Source: an uncultured delta proteobacterium (lineage in GTDB: Bacteria > Desulfobacterota > Binatia > HRBIN30 > BPIQ01). Taken from it: a stretch of 64,000 bases of DNA. The translations under genes and the position numbers were made by a program. The stretch is from contig CAVXGR010000012.1 in assembly GCA_963761335.1 (NCBI GenBank), positions 224,001 through 288,000 of the forward strand, in the 5' to 3' direction. A model generated the notes under the pieces. That model saw only the letters and a program-made list of their open reading frames with translations, had not been told where the DNA came from and ran no database searches. Positions 45,930 to 61,587 of the stretch are shown piece after piece. Every line of letters begins with the position of its first letter. The stretch's first letter is position 1.

Positions 45930-46919
45930 CTAGGCGCGGTACGCCCGCACGGGGACGGCCTCGGGCGGCTTGTCGAGGAGACAGGCGACGGTTTGCAAGC
46001 GCACCGCTCGCAGGCGGCGATTGCGAGCTCGCGCCGGACGCCTGGCCTCCAGCCGCATCGGCCCATCGAGCAGGTCTCCGATGGCCTCGGCGAGGCAGCG
46101 GTGATGCGAGCCGTTCAGCCAGTGGCTGAGGCAGGGCAACATGAGCTGCGGCGCGTCGGGCAGCACCCGCGCGATGCGATCCGCGAACCGCGCCGACACC
46201 AGCTGGTCGCGCGAGCCCCACGCGAAGGCGGCGGGTATCGCCAGCCTGGGCAGGCGCGTCCACAGACCGTTCTCGCCTTCCGCCGGCTCGACGGCCAGCT
46301 CGTGCGCCGTCGAAAAGAAGCTCGCCCGCGTGGCGGGGCAGGCGAAGTAGTAGACCAGGCGCGCGCCGGCCTGCGCGATCTCGTCGTCGCGGAGCTGCGG
46401 AATGCCCTCGAGGATCCCCGACAGCCAGCGCAACAGCGGCCAGATCTTCTCCAGCGGGAACAAGTCCGCGGTGCGCGGACCCAGGAGGTACCCCGGCGCC
46501 AACAGCCAACGGAAGCGCAGCCAAGGCAGGTAGGGGGCGATGGCGACCACCGAGCGAAAGGCCTCTGGAGCGGTCAGCGCCGCCTCGAGAGCAACCCGCC
46601 CGCCGAGGGAAACGCCCATCACCACCGGCCGCGTCTTCATCGCCCGCGCCATCTGGATCACCGGTGCCGCCAGCACCGCCGGGGTGAGCGGCGCATCCGG
46701 CGCCGGGCTGCGGCCGAATCCGGGCAGGTCCACGGCGATGGTGCGCATACCGCGTTTCGCCAGAGCCTTGCCGAAGCCGGCAAATCCGGAGGACTCCAGG
46801 CCGAGCGGATGCAGGGCGATCACCGGCTCCCCGCTGCCCCACTCGCGCTTGTGCATCGCCACGGCCCTCACCTCACCCCGTGAGCAGCAGCGAACGGTGC
46901 CGACGATCTCCTCGGGCAT
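45930..46919 (-). CDS. Alpha/beta-fold hydrolase
   Basis: VIALH, VDLPGFGRS, GVSLGG nucleophile elbow, WGSRD, SH; start may be 46856. Confidence 0.88.
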   Translation of the reverse strand: MPEEIVGTVRCCSRGEVRAVAMHKREWGSGEPVIALHPLGLESSGFAGFGKALAKRGMRTIAVDLPGFGRSPAPDAPLTPAVLAAPVIQMARAMKTRPVVMGVSLGGRVALEAALTAPEAFRSVVAIAPYLPWLRFRWLLAPGYLLGPRTADLFPLEKIWPLLRWLSGILEGIPQLRDDEIAQAGARLVYYFACPATRASFFSTAHELAVEPAEGENGLWTRLPRLAIPAAFAWGSRDQLVSARFADRIARVLPDAPQLMLPCLSHWLNGSHHRCLAEAIGDLLDGPMRLEARRPARARNRRLRAVRLQTVACLLDKPPEAVPVRAYRA

Positions 46920-47003
46920 TTCGGCTGGCGTCGCTCATGGCAACCTCCTCTGCAGTCCTACGCCGTTTCACGGAAGCCACCTGTTTGGCAAACGGAGGTG
47001 ATT

Positions 47004-47101
47004 GGCCCCGGAGGGGGCCGCAGGCATGTAGCCTCGGGTCGAAGACCCGGGGCAGCCGAAGCACGGCCCGTTGCGCCCCGGCAGTGGCGCCGGCACGGGC
47101 A
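47004..47101 (+). repeat. GTAG-type REP/MITE-like element, copy A
   Basis: ggccccggagggggcc-gcaggcatgtagcctcgggtcgaagacccgggg...gcccgttgcgccccggc. Confidence 0.75.
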
Positions 47102-47167
47102 GGGTTTTGCGACGACCTCTTCAACCCCGGCGGGAAGCGGCGGGACGCCGCTTCTACGTCTACGCGC

Positions 47168-50389
<3,222 letters not shown>

Positions 50390-50390
50390 C

Positions 50391-51530
50391 TCAGCCGTTC
50401 TCGCGCATGCGCTCCAGGAAGCGCTCGAACAGATAGTTGGCGTCGTGCGGCCCAGGCGAGGCCTCGGGATGGTACTGCACCGAGAAGACGGGCAGCTCCT
50501 TGTGCTCGAGCCCCTCGACGGTATTGTCGTTCAGGTTCACGTGGGTGAGTCGCGCCGCCCCGGGAATGGAGTCGACGTCGACGGCGAAGCCGTGGTTCTG
50601 CGCCGTGATCTCCACCTTCCCGGTGGTCAGGTCCTTCACCGGCTGATTGCCGCCGTGATGGCCGAACTTGAGCTTGTAGGTGCGACCTCCGAGGGCGAGC
50701 CCCAGGATCTGATGCCCGAGGCAGATGCCGAAGATGGGCTTCTTGCCGAGCAGCTCGCCAACGATCTTCTTGGCGTAGGGCACGGCATCGGGATCGCCGG
50801 GGCCGTTGGAGAGGAATATGCCGTCGGGCTTCATCGCCAGCACCGCGGACGCCGCGGTGTCGGCGGGCACCACCCGCACGCGACAGCCCGCGGCCACCAG
50901 GTTGCGGAGGATGTTGCGCTTGATCCCGTAGTCGTAGGCGACGACGAACGGCCGATCGCCACCGCCGCCGGCGGCGCCGTGGGCATAGCCCTCCTCGAGC
51001 GCCCAGGTGGACTCGTCCCAATCGTACGGCGCGCTGCAGGTGACTTCTTTGACCAGGTCGCGGCCCAGCATCGACGGAGCGTTGCGGGCCTTGCGGACCA
51101 GGCTCTGCGGGTCGAGATCGACGGTCGAGAGGGCGGCCTGCTGGGCGCCCTCCTGGCGGATGTGGCGCACCAGGGCGCGCGTGTCGATGCCCTGGATCCC
51201 CGGAATGCCGTAGTCGCGCAGGTAGTCGGCGAGCGACTGCCGGGCGCGCCAGTTGCTCGGCGATTCCCAGTACTCCTTGACGATGAACCCCTGCACGAAG
51301 GGGCGGCCCGCCTCGGCGTCCTCCGGGTTCACGCCGACGTTGCCGATCTCCGGGTAGGTCATCGCCACCAGCTGTCCGGCATAGGAGGGATCGGTGAGGA
51401 TCTCCTGATAGCCGGTCATCGAGGTGTTGAAGACCACCTCCCCGACGGCCTCTCCCGGCGCGAAGGCGATGCCCTCGTAGACGGTGCCATCGGCCAGAGC
51501 CAGTATCGCCTTGCCCTTCGCTTCGCTCAT
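50391..51530 (-). CDS. carA: Carbamoyl-phosphate synthase small subunit
   Basis: [34 protein letters not shown]. Confidence 0.98.
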   Translation of the reverse strand: MSEAKGKAILALADGTVYEGIAFAPGEAVGEVVFNTSMTGYQEILTDPSYAGQLVAMTYPEIGNVGVNPEDAEAGRPFVQGFIVKEYWESPSNWRARQSLADYLRDYGIPGIQGIDTRALVRHIRQEGAQQAALSTVDLDPQSLVRKARNAPSMLGRDLVKEVTCSAPYDWDESTWALEEGYAHGAAGGGGDRPFVVAYDYGIKRNILRNLVAAGCRVRVVPADTAASAVLAMKPDGIFLSNGPGDPDAVPYAKKIVGELLGKKPIFGICLGHQILGLALGGRTYKLKFGHHGGNQPVKDLTTGKVEITAQNHGFAVDVDSIPGAARLTHVNLNDNTVEGLEHKELPVFSVQYHPEASPGPHDANYLFERFLERMRENG

Positions 51531-52870
51531 CTCGCTCCCATCTCGGCGCCGCGCGCGCCGCTCGTCTGCTCCGCCAGATCCCAGACGACGCGTCCGCCGA
51601 CGATCGTGGTTCTCGCCCGCCCGCACATCTCCCAGCCGTCGAACGGCGAGTTGCGCGACTTGGAGAAGCCCTGGGCGGCGCGATACGTCCAGGCGCAGGC
51701 CGGGTCGACGACGCTGACGTCGGCGGCGGCACCCACCGACAGCGTGCCGCGGTCGATTCCGAGGACGGCCGCCGGCGCCGCGGTGAGAGCGCGCACCAGC
51801 CGCGACAGGGCCATCCCCTCCTCCACCAGTCGCAGCGCCAGCGGCAGGGTCGTCTCCAGCCCGATGATGCCGTTCAGGGCGTGGTCGAACTCGACCTCTT
51901 TCTCGTCGGGGTGGTGCGGCGCATGGTCGGAGGCGATGCAGTCGATGACGCCGTCGCGAAGCCCGGCGCGCACCGCCTCCACGTCGCGCGCGGTGCGCAG
52001 CGGCGGGTTCATCTTGGCGTTGGGATTGTAACCGGCGACCGCCTCCTCGGTGAGGGTGAAGTGGTGCGGCGCCGCCTCGGCGGTGACCCGCAGACCGCGG
52101 CTCTTCGCCTGGCGCACCATCTCGACGGCACCGGCGGTGCTGAGATGGGCGATGTGCAGCTTGCCACCCGTCAGCTCGGCGAGGGCGATGTCGCGCGCGA
52201 TCATCGCCTCCTCCGCGGCCGCGGGCATACCCTTGAGGCCGAGGCGCACCGACATGGCGCCTTCATTCATCACGCCGCCGGCGGCGAGCCCGCAGTCCTC
52301 CTCGTGGGCAATCACCGCCATGTCGAACATGCGCGCGTACTCGAGGGCGCGCCGCATGAGGCCGCTGTCGCTCACCGGCCGGCCGTCGTCGGAGATGGCC
52401 ACGATGCCGGCGCGCCGCATCTCGCCGATCTCGGCGAGCTGCGCGCCCTCGAGGCCGGCGGAGACGGCGCCGATGGGGAAGACGTTGGCGTGCCGGGCCA
52501 CCCGGGCACGGTCGAGAATGTACTCGGTGACCGCGGCGTTGTCGTTCACCGGCTTGGTGTTGGCCATGCAGGCGACCGCGGTGAAGCCGCCGGCCGCCGC
52601 CGCCTGCGTGCCGCTGGCGATGGTCTCGCGGTACTCGTAGCCGGGCTCGCGCAGGTGCACGTGCATGTCGATCAGGCCGGGCAGCACCAGGCAGCCACTG
52701 GCATCGACGACGATCGTGTCTCCGGGCTCCGACAGCGCCTCGCCCTTCTCGCCGACGGCACCGGGCTCGGCGACGGCGGCAATGCAGCCCTCGACGATCA
52801 TCACGTCCCGCGGTCCCTCGACGTCGTTGGCGGGGTCGATGACCGTGCCCCCGGTGATCAGCAAGCGCAT
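51527..52870 (-). CDS. pyrC: Dihydroorotase
   Basis: [32 protein letters not shown]. Confidence 0.97.
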   Translation of the reverse strand: MRLLITGGTVIDPANDVEGPRDVMIVEGCIAAVAEPGAVGEKGEALSEPGDTIVVDASGCLVLPGLIDMHVHLREPGYEYRETIASGTQAAAAGGFTAVACMANTKPVNDNAAVTEYILDRARVARHANVFPIGAVSAGLEGAQLAEIGEMRRAGIVAISDDGRPVSDSGLMRRALEYARMFDMAVIAHEEDCGLAAGGVMNEGAMSVRLGLKGMPAAAEEAMIARDIALAELTGGKLHIAHLSTAGAVEMVRQAKSRGLRVTAEAAPHHFTLTEEAVAGYNPNAKMNPPLRTARDVEAVRAGLRDGVIDCIASDHAPHHPDEKEVEFDHALNGIIGLETTLPLALRLVEEGMALSRLVRALTAAPAAVLGIDRGTLSVGAAADVSVVDPACAWTYRAAQGFSKSRNSPFDGWEMCGRARTTIVGGRVVWDLAEQTSGARGAEMGAR

Positions 52871-52880
52871 CGGTCGTCGC

Positions 52881-53864
52881 TCACGCGGTGCGCACGGCGC
52901 GCACCGGCCGCTCGTAGGTGGTCTCGTCGGCGCCGACCGTTTCTTCCTTTGGCCGGTTCACCAGCAGGAAGAGCACGGCCATGCGCACCGCGAGGCCGTT
53001 GGTCACCTGATCCATGATCACGGCGAAGGGGCCGTCGGCGACGTCGCTGGCGATCTCGATGCCGCGGTTGATGGGACCTGGGTGCATGATGATGACGTCG
53101 TCGTGCGCCTGCTCGAGGACGCGGCGGTTGAGGCAGAAGTAGTTGGAGTACTCGTCGAGGGTCGGGAAGTAGTTGGCCCCCTGTCGCTCCCGCTGGATGC
53201 GCAGCATCATGATGACGTCGGCATCGCGCACACCTTCCTCCAGGTTGAAGCGCACCTCGCACCACTGCGCGAACTCGGGCGGCACCAGCGTCGGCGGGCC
53301 GACCAGGCGCACGCGCGCGCCCATGGCTCGCAGCGCGTGCAGGTTGGATCGCGCCACGCGGCTGTGGAGGATATCGCCGACGATCGCCACGCTGAGCCCC
53401 TCGATGCGGCCCTTGCGTTCGCGGATGGTGAGCAGGTCGAGCAGTGCCTGCGTCGGGTGCTCGTGGCTGCCGTCGCCGGCGTTGATGATCGGGCAGTCGA
53501 CGCGCTGGGCAAGGAAGGCTGCGGCGCCCGAGGACGGGTGCCGCAGGACGATGGCGTCGGGCCGCATGGCGGCGAGGTTGCGCGCCGTGTCCAGCAGCGT
53601 CTCCCCCTTGCTGACACTGCTGACGTTCGAGGAGATGCTGACGAAGTCGGCGCTCATGCGCTTGGCGGCGATCTCGAAGGAGGCGCGCGTGCGCGTGCTC
53701 GCCTCGTAGAACAGGCTGACCACCGTCTTGCCGCGCAGCGTCGGCACCTTCTTGATGTCGCGTTCGGAGATCTCCTTGAAGGACGCGGCGGAGTCGAGCA
53801 GGAACTGCAGCTCCGCGGCGCTCATCCCCTCGAGGCCCAGCAAGTGCTTTCCGGCAAACTCCAT
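52881..53864 (-). CDS. pyrB: Aspartate carbamoyltransferase catalytic subunit
   Basis: [34 protein letters not shown]. Confidence 0.98.
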   Translation of the reverse strand: MEFAGKHLLGLEGMSAAELQFLLDSAASFKEISERDIKKVPTLRGKTVVSLFYEASTRTRASFEIAAKRMSADFVSISSNVSSVSKGETLLDTARNLAAMRPDAIVLRHPSSGAAAFLAQRVDCPIINAGDGSHEHPTQALLDLLTIRERKGRIEGLSVAIVGDILHSRVARSNLHALRAMGARVRLVGPPTLVPPEFAQWCEVRFNLEEGVRDADVIMMLRIQRERQGANYFPTLDEYSNYFCLNRRVLEQAHDDVIIMHPGPINRGIEIASDVADGPFAVIMDQVTNGLAVRMAVLFLLVNRPKEETVGADETTYERPVRAVRTA

Positions 53865-53865
53865 C

Positions 53866-54448
<583 letters not shown>

Positions 54449-54489
54449 CAGATCTCGAGGAGATGGGTGGGATGATTCGTCATGGGATA

Positions 54490-54522
54490 CCTTTCTAACC
54501 TCACCGGGTCAGACTTAAAGGG
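54490..54522 (-). ncRNA. PyrR-binding site (anti-antiterminator stem-loop)
   Basis: CCUUUAAGUCUGACCCGGUGAGGUUAGAAAGG matches the PyrR element pattern CUUUAA...CCxGxGAGG...AAGG. Confidence 0.85.
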
Positions 54523-54610
54523 CTATCCGTGTGTACGCGCAGCGAATGTGAAAGTCAATCGGCCCCGGGTCCAACCCGAGGCCGGGGCCTGAACAGATTG
54601 TCTCACAAGC

Positions 54611-54890
54611 TTGCCCGTGTCCGTGCCCGCGCCCCCGGCCGGGGCGCAACGGGCCGGGCTTCGGAATCCCCGGGTCTTCGACCCGGGGGCTACATGCCTG
54701 CACCCCTCCGGGGCGAATGACGTCCAAACCCCGAGGCCGCGGGTACAGGGCCGGGGAAGCCAGGTTCAATCGGGGAGACGGTTAGGCGTCGAGGATCAAG
54801 CCGCGGAGCGGCGCAGGCATGTAGCCCCGGGTGCAACCCGGGGAAAATTGTGTGGCCCATCAGGTCGCGCCCCGTCAGGGGCGCGGGCCC
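54611..54890. repeat. GTAG-type REP/MITE-like elements, copies B (54611-54720, minus) and C (54800-54890, plus)
   Basis: Both carry gcaggcatgtagcccc(c)ggg..cccgggg; B is close in sequence to copy A. Confidence 0.75.
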
Positions 54891-54920
54891 CCGTGGAGGT
54901 GCGCAGCGTGCGATCCGGGC

Positions 54921-55751
54921 TCACAAACCCTTCTCCAGCTGGTGCTGCACGAACATGCTGTCGCTCAGGCCGGTGTCGTACTTGACGTCTTGGAACTCGA
55001 CGACGGTGTGCGTCCCCGACTGCACATTGGTCATGGTCAGCCGGAAGGCCGTGGGGATGTTGCCGACGTCGCGGATGTCGGTCGCCTCGAGGACCTTCAG
55101 CAGCTCGCCCTTCTTGTCGAGAAACTCGAAGCGGTGCTGCCGGAACTCCGCGTCGATCCACAGGCGAATGCGCCCGTAGGCGAGGTCCTTCTTATTCGGC
55201 GTGAAGGAGATGACCCGGCACTTGCTGTCGCCGCAGTCGCTCAGGGCGTCGCTCTCCAAGGTCGCCGCCGCGTCCTCGTCGGTCCAGTCGAGGATCTCGG
55301 TGATGATGGCGAGATCGTCGTAGCTGAAGTCGGTGCCCATGAAGCTCTCGCGGTTGCTCGAGCCGCTGATCTGCCGCACGCGCTTGAGCTCGGGGAGGTA
55401 GAGCCACTGCTGGTTCTCGCTGTGGGGATCGACCCACTGGAGGAATCCGGTGCCCTTGACGTCGGGCGGCGACTGGAAGAACAGAATCGAGCGGCTGCGG
55501 TCGCCGTCGTACTTCTTGTAGTAGATCCGCAGCTCGCGCTCGCGGGTGTTGCCGCGGCGGTCGGTGATCTCCAGCTTCAGATCCTGGGTGCGATCTCGCC
55601 ACTTTCGGGTCGTCTGGTTGAGTTTCTTCGCCTGGTCGAGGAAGTCACGGGCGGTCGTACACCACCCGGCGCGGGCCGGCAGAAGCACCGCCGCCGCCAG
55701 CACCAGGGCGGCCCACACTGCCTCTTTCCGGAGGTTCAACCGATCATGCAT
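54921..55751 (-). CDS. Outer-membrane lipoprotein-sorting (LolA-like) protein
   Basis: F.SPPDVKGTGFL, QWLYLPELKRVRQI, SFMGTDFSYDD. Confidence 0.88.
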   Translation of the reverse strand: MHDRLNLRKEAVWAALVLAAAVLLPARAGWCTTARDFLDQAKKLNQTTRKWRDRTQDLKLEITDRRGNTRERELRIYYKKYDGDRSRSILFFQSPPDVKGTGFLQWVDPHSENQQWLYLPELKRVRQISGSSNRESFMGTDFSYDDLAIITEILDWTDEDAAATLESDALSDCGDSKCRVISFTPNKKDLAYGRIRLWIDAEFRQHRFEFLDKKGELLKVLEATDIRDVGNIPTAFRLTMTNVQSGTHTVVEFQDVKYDTGLSDSMFVQHQLEKGL

Positions 55752-55915
55752 ATCCGCCGATCTGAGCAGATATCATCGACTAAGGAAACTCGGATGGCGT
55801 TCGGGCAGTGGGGGATTTGAAATAAGACGCGGTCAACTTCGATCCACCACAACCTCCGCGTCGTTGAGTTGAACCCGACTTCCCGAGGTTGCATCTGTGG
55901 TCGGGAGCTCGGAGA

Positions 55916-56125
55916 TCATTCGCCCCGGAGGGGCGCAGGCGTGTAGCCCCGGGTCGGAGACCCGGGGATCCCGAAGTCGACGTCGGTTGGCGCCCCGCCA
56001 GGGGCGCGGGCGCGGTTTTGACACAGGCCTCTGCACCCGGGGTCGCACGCCTGCGCCCCTGGCGGGCGCATCGGGGAAGGCGGACCCGGGAACCGGGCTA
56101 CATGCCTGCGCCGCTTCGCGGCGCG
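55916..56125. repeat. GTAG-type REP/MITE-like elements, copies D (plus) and E (minus), convergent
   Basis: tcattcgccccggaggggcgcaggcgtgtagccccggg... and reverse-strand gccgcgaagcggcgcaggcatgtagcccgg. Confidence 0.75.
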
Positions 56126-56336
56126 ATCCCCCGGCCCAAGTTGCGTGGGGGATTTTGATGGGTAAGGGAATTTTGAAACGAAACGCGCTTGATCTCAAGA
56201 TCCAGCACTACTGGCGTTCGGGCCCAGGAAGAGCGGCCGTCTGGTAGCGCCGTCGGCCCGGCCGCTCGTGGCTGTCAAAGCGCAGAGGCGGCCAAGATGG
56301 CCGCGCTCCCGGCGCGCCGAGGCCAACGCGGCCGCC

Positions 56337-57590
56337 CTACATCGTCGCCCGCAGGGCGGCGGCGATGTCGATGCGGCGAACCCGCAGTGCCGGCACCAGG
56401 GCGGCAACCACGGCGACGGCGGCGCTGGCGCCGGCGGTAACGCCGACAGCGACTGCGGAGACCACCGGCACGGGGAAAAGGCCCGCCGGCGGCAGCTTGG
56501 CGAGCGCCACGCATCCCGCCAGACCGAGCCCGACACCCAGCGCCGCGGTGCCCCCCGAGATGATCAGCGACTCGATCACCGTCTGCGCCACCAGGGTGCG
56601 CGTGCGCGCCCCGATGGCGCGCGCCACGGCGATCTCCGCGGTGCGCTCGGCGAGCGTCGCCAGCTGGTAGTTGGCAATGCCCACGGCGCCGATCAGCAGG
56701 GTCACCGTCCCGCACACGCCCATGAAGATCATGATGCCGGAGTAGAACAGAGCCGACATCTTCGACGGCTGCGAGATGTCGAACCAGCGCACCGCGTCCA
56801 GATCGTCCGGATGAAAGCCGGCGCGCGGTCCCAGCACCGCCAGCACCGCGCGCAACGCCTTCTCGGGTTCGACGCCGGGGCGCGGGTAGAGGAGAAAGCG
56901 CCCAACGCTGCGCTCGTCGTAGCCGAGCACCGTCTCGGCGGCGGTGATCGGCACCATCAGCAAACGGTTGTCCGGCCGGTTGTTGTTGAAGTACTGCTTT
57001 CCCTTGCGGTCGGCCACGCCGATCACCCGGAACAGATGGCCGTCGATACGCAGCGCCCTGCCGACGGCCTGGCCGGCGGCGCCGAACAGCATCTCGGCGG
57101 CCTCGTAGCCGAGGATGGCCACAGCTCGTCGCTCGTCCACGTCACTCTCGTCGATGGTGCGGCCGTGGGCGACCGCGAAGCCCCGATACGAGGCGAAGCG
57201 CGCCTCGATGCCTTCGAGATCGAGGCGGCGGACGACGCCGCGCACTTCCACGAGGGCCCGCTGCCGCGACAGGTGCTCGGGAATGAGCGCCTCGACCAGG
57301 TCCGCCGTCGTCTGCTCCGCCGCCTCGCCGTCGGCCCGCGACAGCCGCACACGCACTCCGGAGCGATATCCCGGGAACCCCGAAGAGGTCACCGCGGGGA
57401 TGATGAAGACGCAGGGCTTGCCGAAGGACGACAGCTCCCGGTGCATGTACTCGCGGAAGCCGCTGCCCCAGGCGAGCATCACCACCACGGCCGCCGCCCC
57501 CCAGAAGACGCCCATCGCCGAGGCGATGACGCGGCGGGGATGGTCGCCGAGCGACTCGAGTGCCTGCCGCAGGTGCTCGCGAAAATCCAT
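56337..57590 (-). CDS. MacB/FtsX-type ABC transporter permease
   Basis: N-terminal TM, periplasmic GR....D....VAILG, GAVGIAN...ERTAEI..RAIGA, and three further TM helices. Confidence 0.9.
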   Translation of the reverse strand: MDFREHLRQALESLGDHPRRVIASAMGVFWGAAAVVVMLAWGSGFREYMHRELSSFGKPCVFIIPAVTSSGFPGYRSGVRVRLSRADGEAAEQTTADLVEALIPEHLSRQRALVEVRGVVRRLDLEGIEARFASYRGFAVAHGRTIDESDVDERRAVAILGYEAAEMLFGAAGQAVGRALRIDGHLFRVIGVADRKGKQYFNNNRPDNRLLMVPITAAETVLGYDERSVGRFLLYPRPGVEPEKALRAVLAVLGPRAGFHPDDLDAVRWFDISQPSKMSALFYSGIMIFMGVCGTVTLLIGAVGIANYQLATLAERTAEIAVARAIGARTRTLVAQTVIESLIISGGTAALGVGLGLAGCVALAKLPPAGLFPVPVVSAVAVGVTAGASAAVAVVAALVPALRVRRIDIAAALRATM

Positions 57591-59220
57591 CAGGTCACAC
57601 GCATCGCGGTACCGGGGTCGACCTTCGAGGCGAGGCGTCCCGGAACCACGCCGGTCGCCAGGCCGATGCCGGTCAGCACCCCGAAAGTGGTGAGCACCAC
57701 GGCCCAGGAGATGCGCGGCGGGGGGATCATCTCCGGGAGCGGCAGATGGGCGACGGCGGCCACCAGACCGAGGCCGAGGAGAACGCCCAGCGTACCTCCG
57801 GCGAGCACGATGACCAGCGTCTCCACCAGGAGCTGCAGCATGACGTCGCCGCGGCGGGCGCCGCAGGCGCGGCGCACGGCGATCTCCATGCGGCGATCGT
57901 TGACGATGGCGATCATCAGGTTGGCCACGCCGACACCCGCCATGGCCAGCGCCACGGTGCCGATGAAGCCCAGAAGCAGCTGCAAGCCGACGCCGATCTT
58001 GCGGAACGGCTCGATGTACTGGGTGACGCTCTGCACCTGCAGCGCGTCGAGGTCGGCCGGGTCGAGGTGATTCCAGCGCGCCAGCACGGCGCGGACCTGG
58101 CGCCCCATTTGCGGAATGTCATCGAGTCGGCGCGGCTGGGCGTACATGATATCGACGCCGTCGCCCTGCCCGAAGATCGGCTTCGCCGAGCGCAGCGGCA
58201 CGAAGACCATGTCGTCGTGCAGCCCCCAGTTCACCACCAGCTGAGGGCCCTGGAAGTGGCTGGCGTCGCCCTCGGCGGTAAGGCGAACCTTGGGGCCGTC
58301 GGCGGAGCGCACGATGGCGGCGTTGGGGATCAGCAGGACCTGGCGGTGCTCGCCGACCAGAACCCGGGCGTCGGCCGACATGCCGACGCGAATGCGCTCG
58401 TCGTTGGGCAAGGCCACCTCGACCTCGAAGCTGGCGACCTTTTGATCGAGGGTTCCGGCGGAGGAGACCTTGCGCACCTTCCCTGCGAAGGTCTCTCCGG
58501 GAAAGGCGTCGATGCTCACGTCCGCCACCTGCCCGACGCGCACCTCGGCAATGTCGTTCTCGTCCACCTGCGCCACCAGGCGCAGGTGGAGATCGTCGGC
58601 GACCACGGCCACCAGGGTGCCACCGTTGGCGGCGCTCATATCGGCCACCGGGCTCCCCAGCTCCGCCTCGCGGCGGATGACGACTCCGTCCATCGGCGCG
58701 CGCAGGACGCCGTGCTCGAGATCGCGCTCCGCCTTCTGCAGGGCCGCCTCGGCCTGCAGCACCGCCGCCTGGCGCGCCTGCTTCTCGGCGCGGGCGTCGT
58801 CGACCGCGATCTCCGCCAGCTGCAGGCGATAGTCGGCGGCGTCGCGGTCGGTCGCCGAGGCCGCGCCGCCGCCGCGGCGCGCAGCTGGGCGACCACGTCG
58901 CCCAGGCGGTCGAGGTCGAGCTCGACCAGCGGCTGGCCGGCGATCACGCGATCCCCTTCCTCCACGTAGAGCTTGCGCACCACACCGGACACCTCGGACT
59001 TGATCTCGACGCGCGACAGGGACTCGACGGTGCCGTTGGCGGCGACCCGCTGCGCCAGGTCGCCGCGCACCACCGTGGCGGGGCGAAAGGCGACCGCCGG
59101 GTCGGCGGCCTCACCGCGCAGATCCCAGGTGAAGCCGCGGTAGACGAGCCAGAAAAAGGCGACCGCCGCCACTGCTGCCGCGCTGTACCATACGACCCTG
59201 CGGGCGCGTCCTCCGGCCAT
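57590..59220 (-). pseudogene. Deleted and fused efflux periplasmic adaptor (MacA-like) plus the C-terminal half of an ABC permease
   Basis: MacA-like N-terminus (EIKSEVSG..VEEGDRV..GQ.L) shifts frame near 58862, resumes (LRAPMDG, VDENDI..VRVGQ, LLIPNAAI), then joins permease sequence near 58250 (DDMVFVP...GVGVAN...RRMEI). Confidence 0.8.
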
Positions 59221-59288
59221 GGCGATCCGATGCATACGCCGCGGCGGTGCCGGAATGCAACGGACCGGCACCGACGAACGTGGAAGAT

Positions 59289-59364
59289 GGGGACCGGCAC
59301 CTTTTCGGCGACGAGCACCGGACCTCCAGCAGAGCGTCCTTGCGCCAAAAAGGAGCCAGTCCCC
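59289..59364. repeat. Short inverted-repeat (MITE/REP-like) element
   Basis: ggggaccggcaccttttcggcg ... cgccaaaaaggagccagtcccc imperfect terminal inverted repeats. Confidence 0.6.
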
Positions 59365-59372
59365 TTCACCCC

Positions 59373-59747
59373 TCACCCCCAGGGCGAGAGGAAGGCGTTG
59401 CGGAAGAGCTCGCAATCGAAGCCCCAGCGGCCGCGCCGACGCACGCCGACGACGTCGTAGCGCACCTGACGGCCGTGCAGGCGATGCGTGGTGAGAAAGT
59501 AGGTGGCGACGCGGACGATCTGCCTCTGCTTGCGTCGCGTCACCGCCTCCGCAGGCGCGCCGAAGGACGTGCCGCTGCGCGTCTTCACCTCGACGAAGAC
59601 GATGGTGGCGCCGTCGAGGGCGATCAGATCGACCTCGCCCACGGGACAGCGATAGTTGCGGGCGACGATGGCGTAGTGCCGGCGGCGGAGGAAACGCGCC
59701 GCGGCGCGCTCGCCACGCGCGCCGAGGAGCTGCCGAATCCCTGGCAT
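59373..59747 (-). CDS. yraN: YraN family (UPF0102) protein
   Basis: G.RGE.AA.FL, RNYRC..GEVDLIA, VFVEVKTR, AEAVT.RKQ. Confidence 0.93.
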   Translation of the reverse strand: MPGIRQLLGARGERAAARFLRRRHYAIVARNYRCPVGEVDLIALDGATIVFVEVKTRSGTSFGAPAEAVTRRKQRQIVRVATYFLTTHRLHGRQVRYDVVGVRRRGRWGFDCELFRNAFLSPWG

Positions 59748-59833
59748 GCGCCCAGCCTACGCCCGCAACGCCCGCCGTCAAGGCGCGATCCTCTCCGTTG
59801 AAGCGGCCGCGGACGCGTGTTAGACGCAGGCCC

Positions 59834-60121
59834 GTGGCACTCGATCTGGAGCAGGTTCGTCGCATCGCCCTGCTGGCTCGCCTGGAGCTGTCGGCGGCGG
59901 AGGAGCAGATGTTCGCCGAGCAGCTGGCGCACATTCTCGAGTACATCGAGAAGCTGCAGGAGCTCGACACCACGGAGGTCCAGCCGACCTCCCACGTGGT
60001 CGACATGGAGACGCCGTTCCGCGACGACCGGGTCATCAACCAGCCGAACACGCAGGAGCTGCTGACCAACGCCCCGCAACGCGACGGCGACTTCTTCAAG
60101 GTACCGAAGATCATCGAATGA
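59834..60121 (+). CDS. gatC: Asp/Glu-tRNA amidotransferase subunit C
   Basis: [33 protein letters not shown]. Confidence 0.96.
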   Translation: MALDLEQVRRIALLARLELSAAEEQMFAEQLAHILEYIEKLQELDTTEVQPTSHVVDMETPFRDDRVINQPNTQELLTNAPQRDGDFFKVPKIIE

Positions 60122-61581
60122 GCGAGCTGCAACGCCTGACCATCAGCGAGGCCGCCGAGCGGCTGTCGCGCCGCGCGATCTCCGCCGTCGAGCTGACGCG
60201 CGACGTGCTGGCGCAGATCGAGCGCACCGAGGCGCGCCTCCATTCCTATCTCACCGTCACCGGCGACCTCGCCCTGCGCCAAGCGGAGGAATCGGACGCG
60301 CGCCGGCAGACGGGCAGATCTCTCGGGCCGCTCGACGGCATCCCCGTCGGCATCAAGGACGTCATCCTCACCCGCGGCGTGCGCACCACTGCCGGCTCGA
60401 AGATGCTGGAGAGCTTCGTCGCTCCCTACGACGCCACCGTGTCGGCGAGGCTGCGCCAGGCCGGCGCCGTCTGCGTCGGCAAGCTCAACTGCGATGAGTT
60501 CGCCATGGGATCGTCGACCGAGAACTCCGCCTTTGGGGCCACGCACAATCCCTGGAACCTCGAGCGCGTCCCCGGCGGATCGTCCGGCGGCTCCGCCGCC
60601 GCGGTCGCCGCCGATCAATGCCTCGGCTCTCTGGGCACCGACACGGGCGGCTCGATCCGCCAGCCCGCCGGCTGCTGCGGCGTCGTCGGCATGAAGCCGA
60701 CCTACGGCCGCGTCAGCCGCTACGGCGTCATCGCCTACGCCTCGTCGCTCGATCAGGTCGGTCCGTTCGCCAAGACGGTCGCCGATTGCGGCACCATGCT
60801 CGCCGCCATCGCCGGCCACGATCGCGCCGACTCGACTTCGGTGCAGCGGCCGGTCCCCGATTACGCCGCGGCGCTGCAACAGCCGATCCGCGGCCTGCGC
60901 GTCGGGCTGCCGCGGGAGTACTTCGTCGAGGGCATGCAACCCGAGGTGGCGCAGGCCATCCGCGACGCGGTGAATCAGCTGCAGTCGCTCGGGGCGTCGG
61001 TCGACGAGATCTCCCTGCCACACACCGAGTATGCGGTGGCGGCCTACTACCTGATCGCCACCGCCGAGGCGAGCTCCAACCTGGCGCGCTATGACGGCGT
61101 CCGCTACGGCTTGCGCGCCGATGCCGCCAATCTCCTGGAGATGTACCGGCGCTCGCGCGACGCGGGCTTCGGCAGGGAGGTGAAGCGCCGCATCATGCTC
61201 GGCACCTACGCGCTCTCCGCCGGCTACTACGACGCCTACTACCTGAAGGCGCAGAAGGTGCGCACCCTGATCCGCCGCGACTTCACCGAGACCTTTCGCA
61301 ACCACGACGTGATCGTCACCCCGACGGCGCCGACGACGGCATTCCGCCTGGGCGAGAAGACCGGAGACCCCTTGCAGATGTATCTCACCGACATCCTGAC
61401 CATCTCGGTGAACCTCGCCGGGCTGCCGGGCCTGGTCGTCCCCTGCGGCACCGACCGCGAGGGGATGCCGATCGGAATGCAGATCCTGGCGCGGCCCTTC
61501 GAGGAGGAGACGGCGCTGCGCCTCGGCCACGCCTACGAGCAGGCGAGCGATTGGCATCGCCGCCGGCCGCCGCTCGCTTGA
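60118..61581 (+). CDS. gatA: Asp/Glu-tRNA amidotransferase subunit A
   Basis: Amidase signature [32 protein letters not shown]. Confidence 0.98.
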   Translation: MSELQRLTISEAAERLSRRAISAVELTRDVLAQIERTEARLHSYLTVTGDLALRQAEESDARRQTGRSLGPLDGIPVGIKDVILTRGVRTTAGSKMLESFVAPYDATVSARLRQAGAVCVGKLNCDEFAMGSSTENSAFGATHNPWNLERVPGGSSGGSAAAVAADQCLGSLGTDTGGSIRQPAGCCGVVGMKPTYGRVSRYGVIAYASSLDQVGPFAKTVADCGTMLAAIAGHDRADSTSVQRPVPDYAAALQQPIRGLRVGLPREYFVEGMQPEVAQAIRDAVNQLQSLGASVDEISLPHTEYAVAAYYLIATAEASSNLARYDGVRYGLRADAANLLEMYRRSRDAGFGREVKRRIMLGTYALSAGYYDAYYLKAQKVRTLIRRDFTETFRNHDVIVTPTAPTTAFRLGEKTGDPLQMYLTDILTISVNLAGLPGLVVPCGTDREGMPIGMQILARPFEEETALRLGHAYEQASDWHRRRPPLA

Positions 61582-61587
61582 CCCGCC

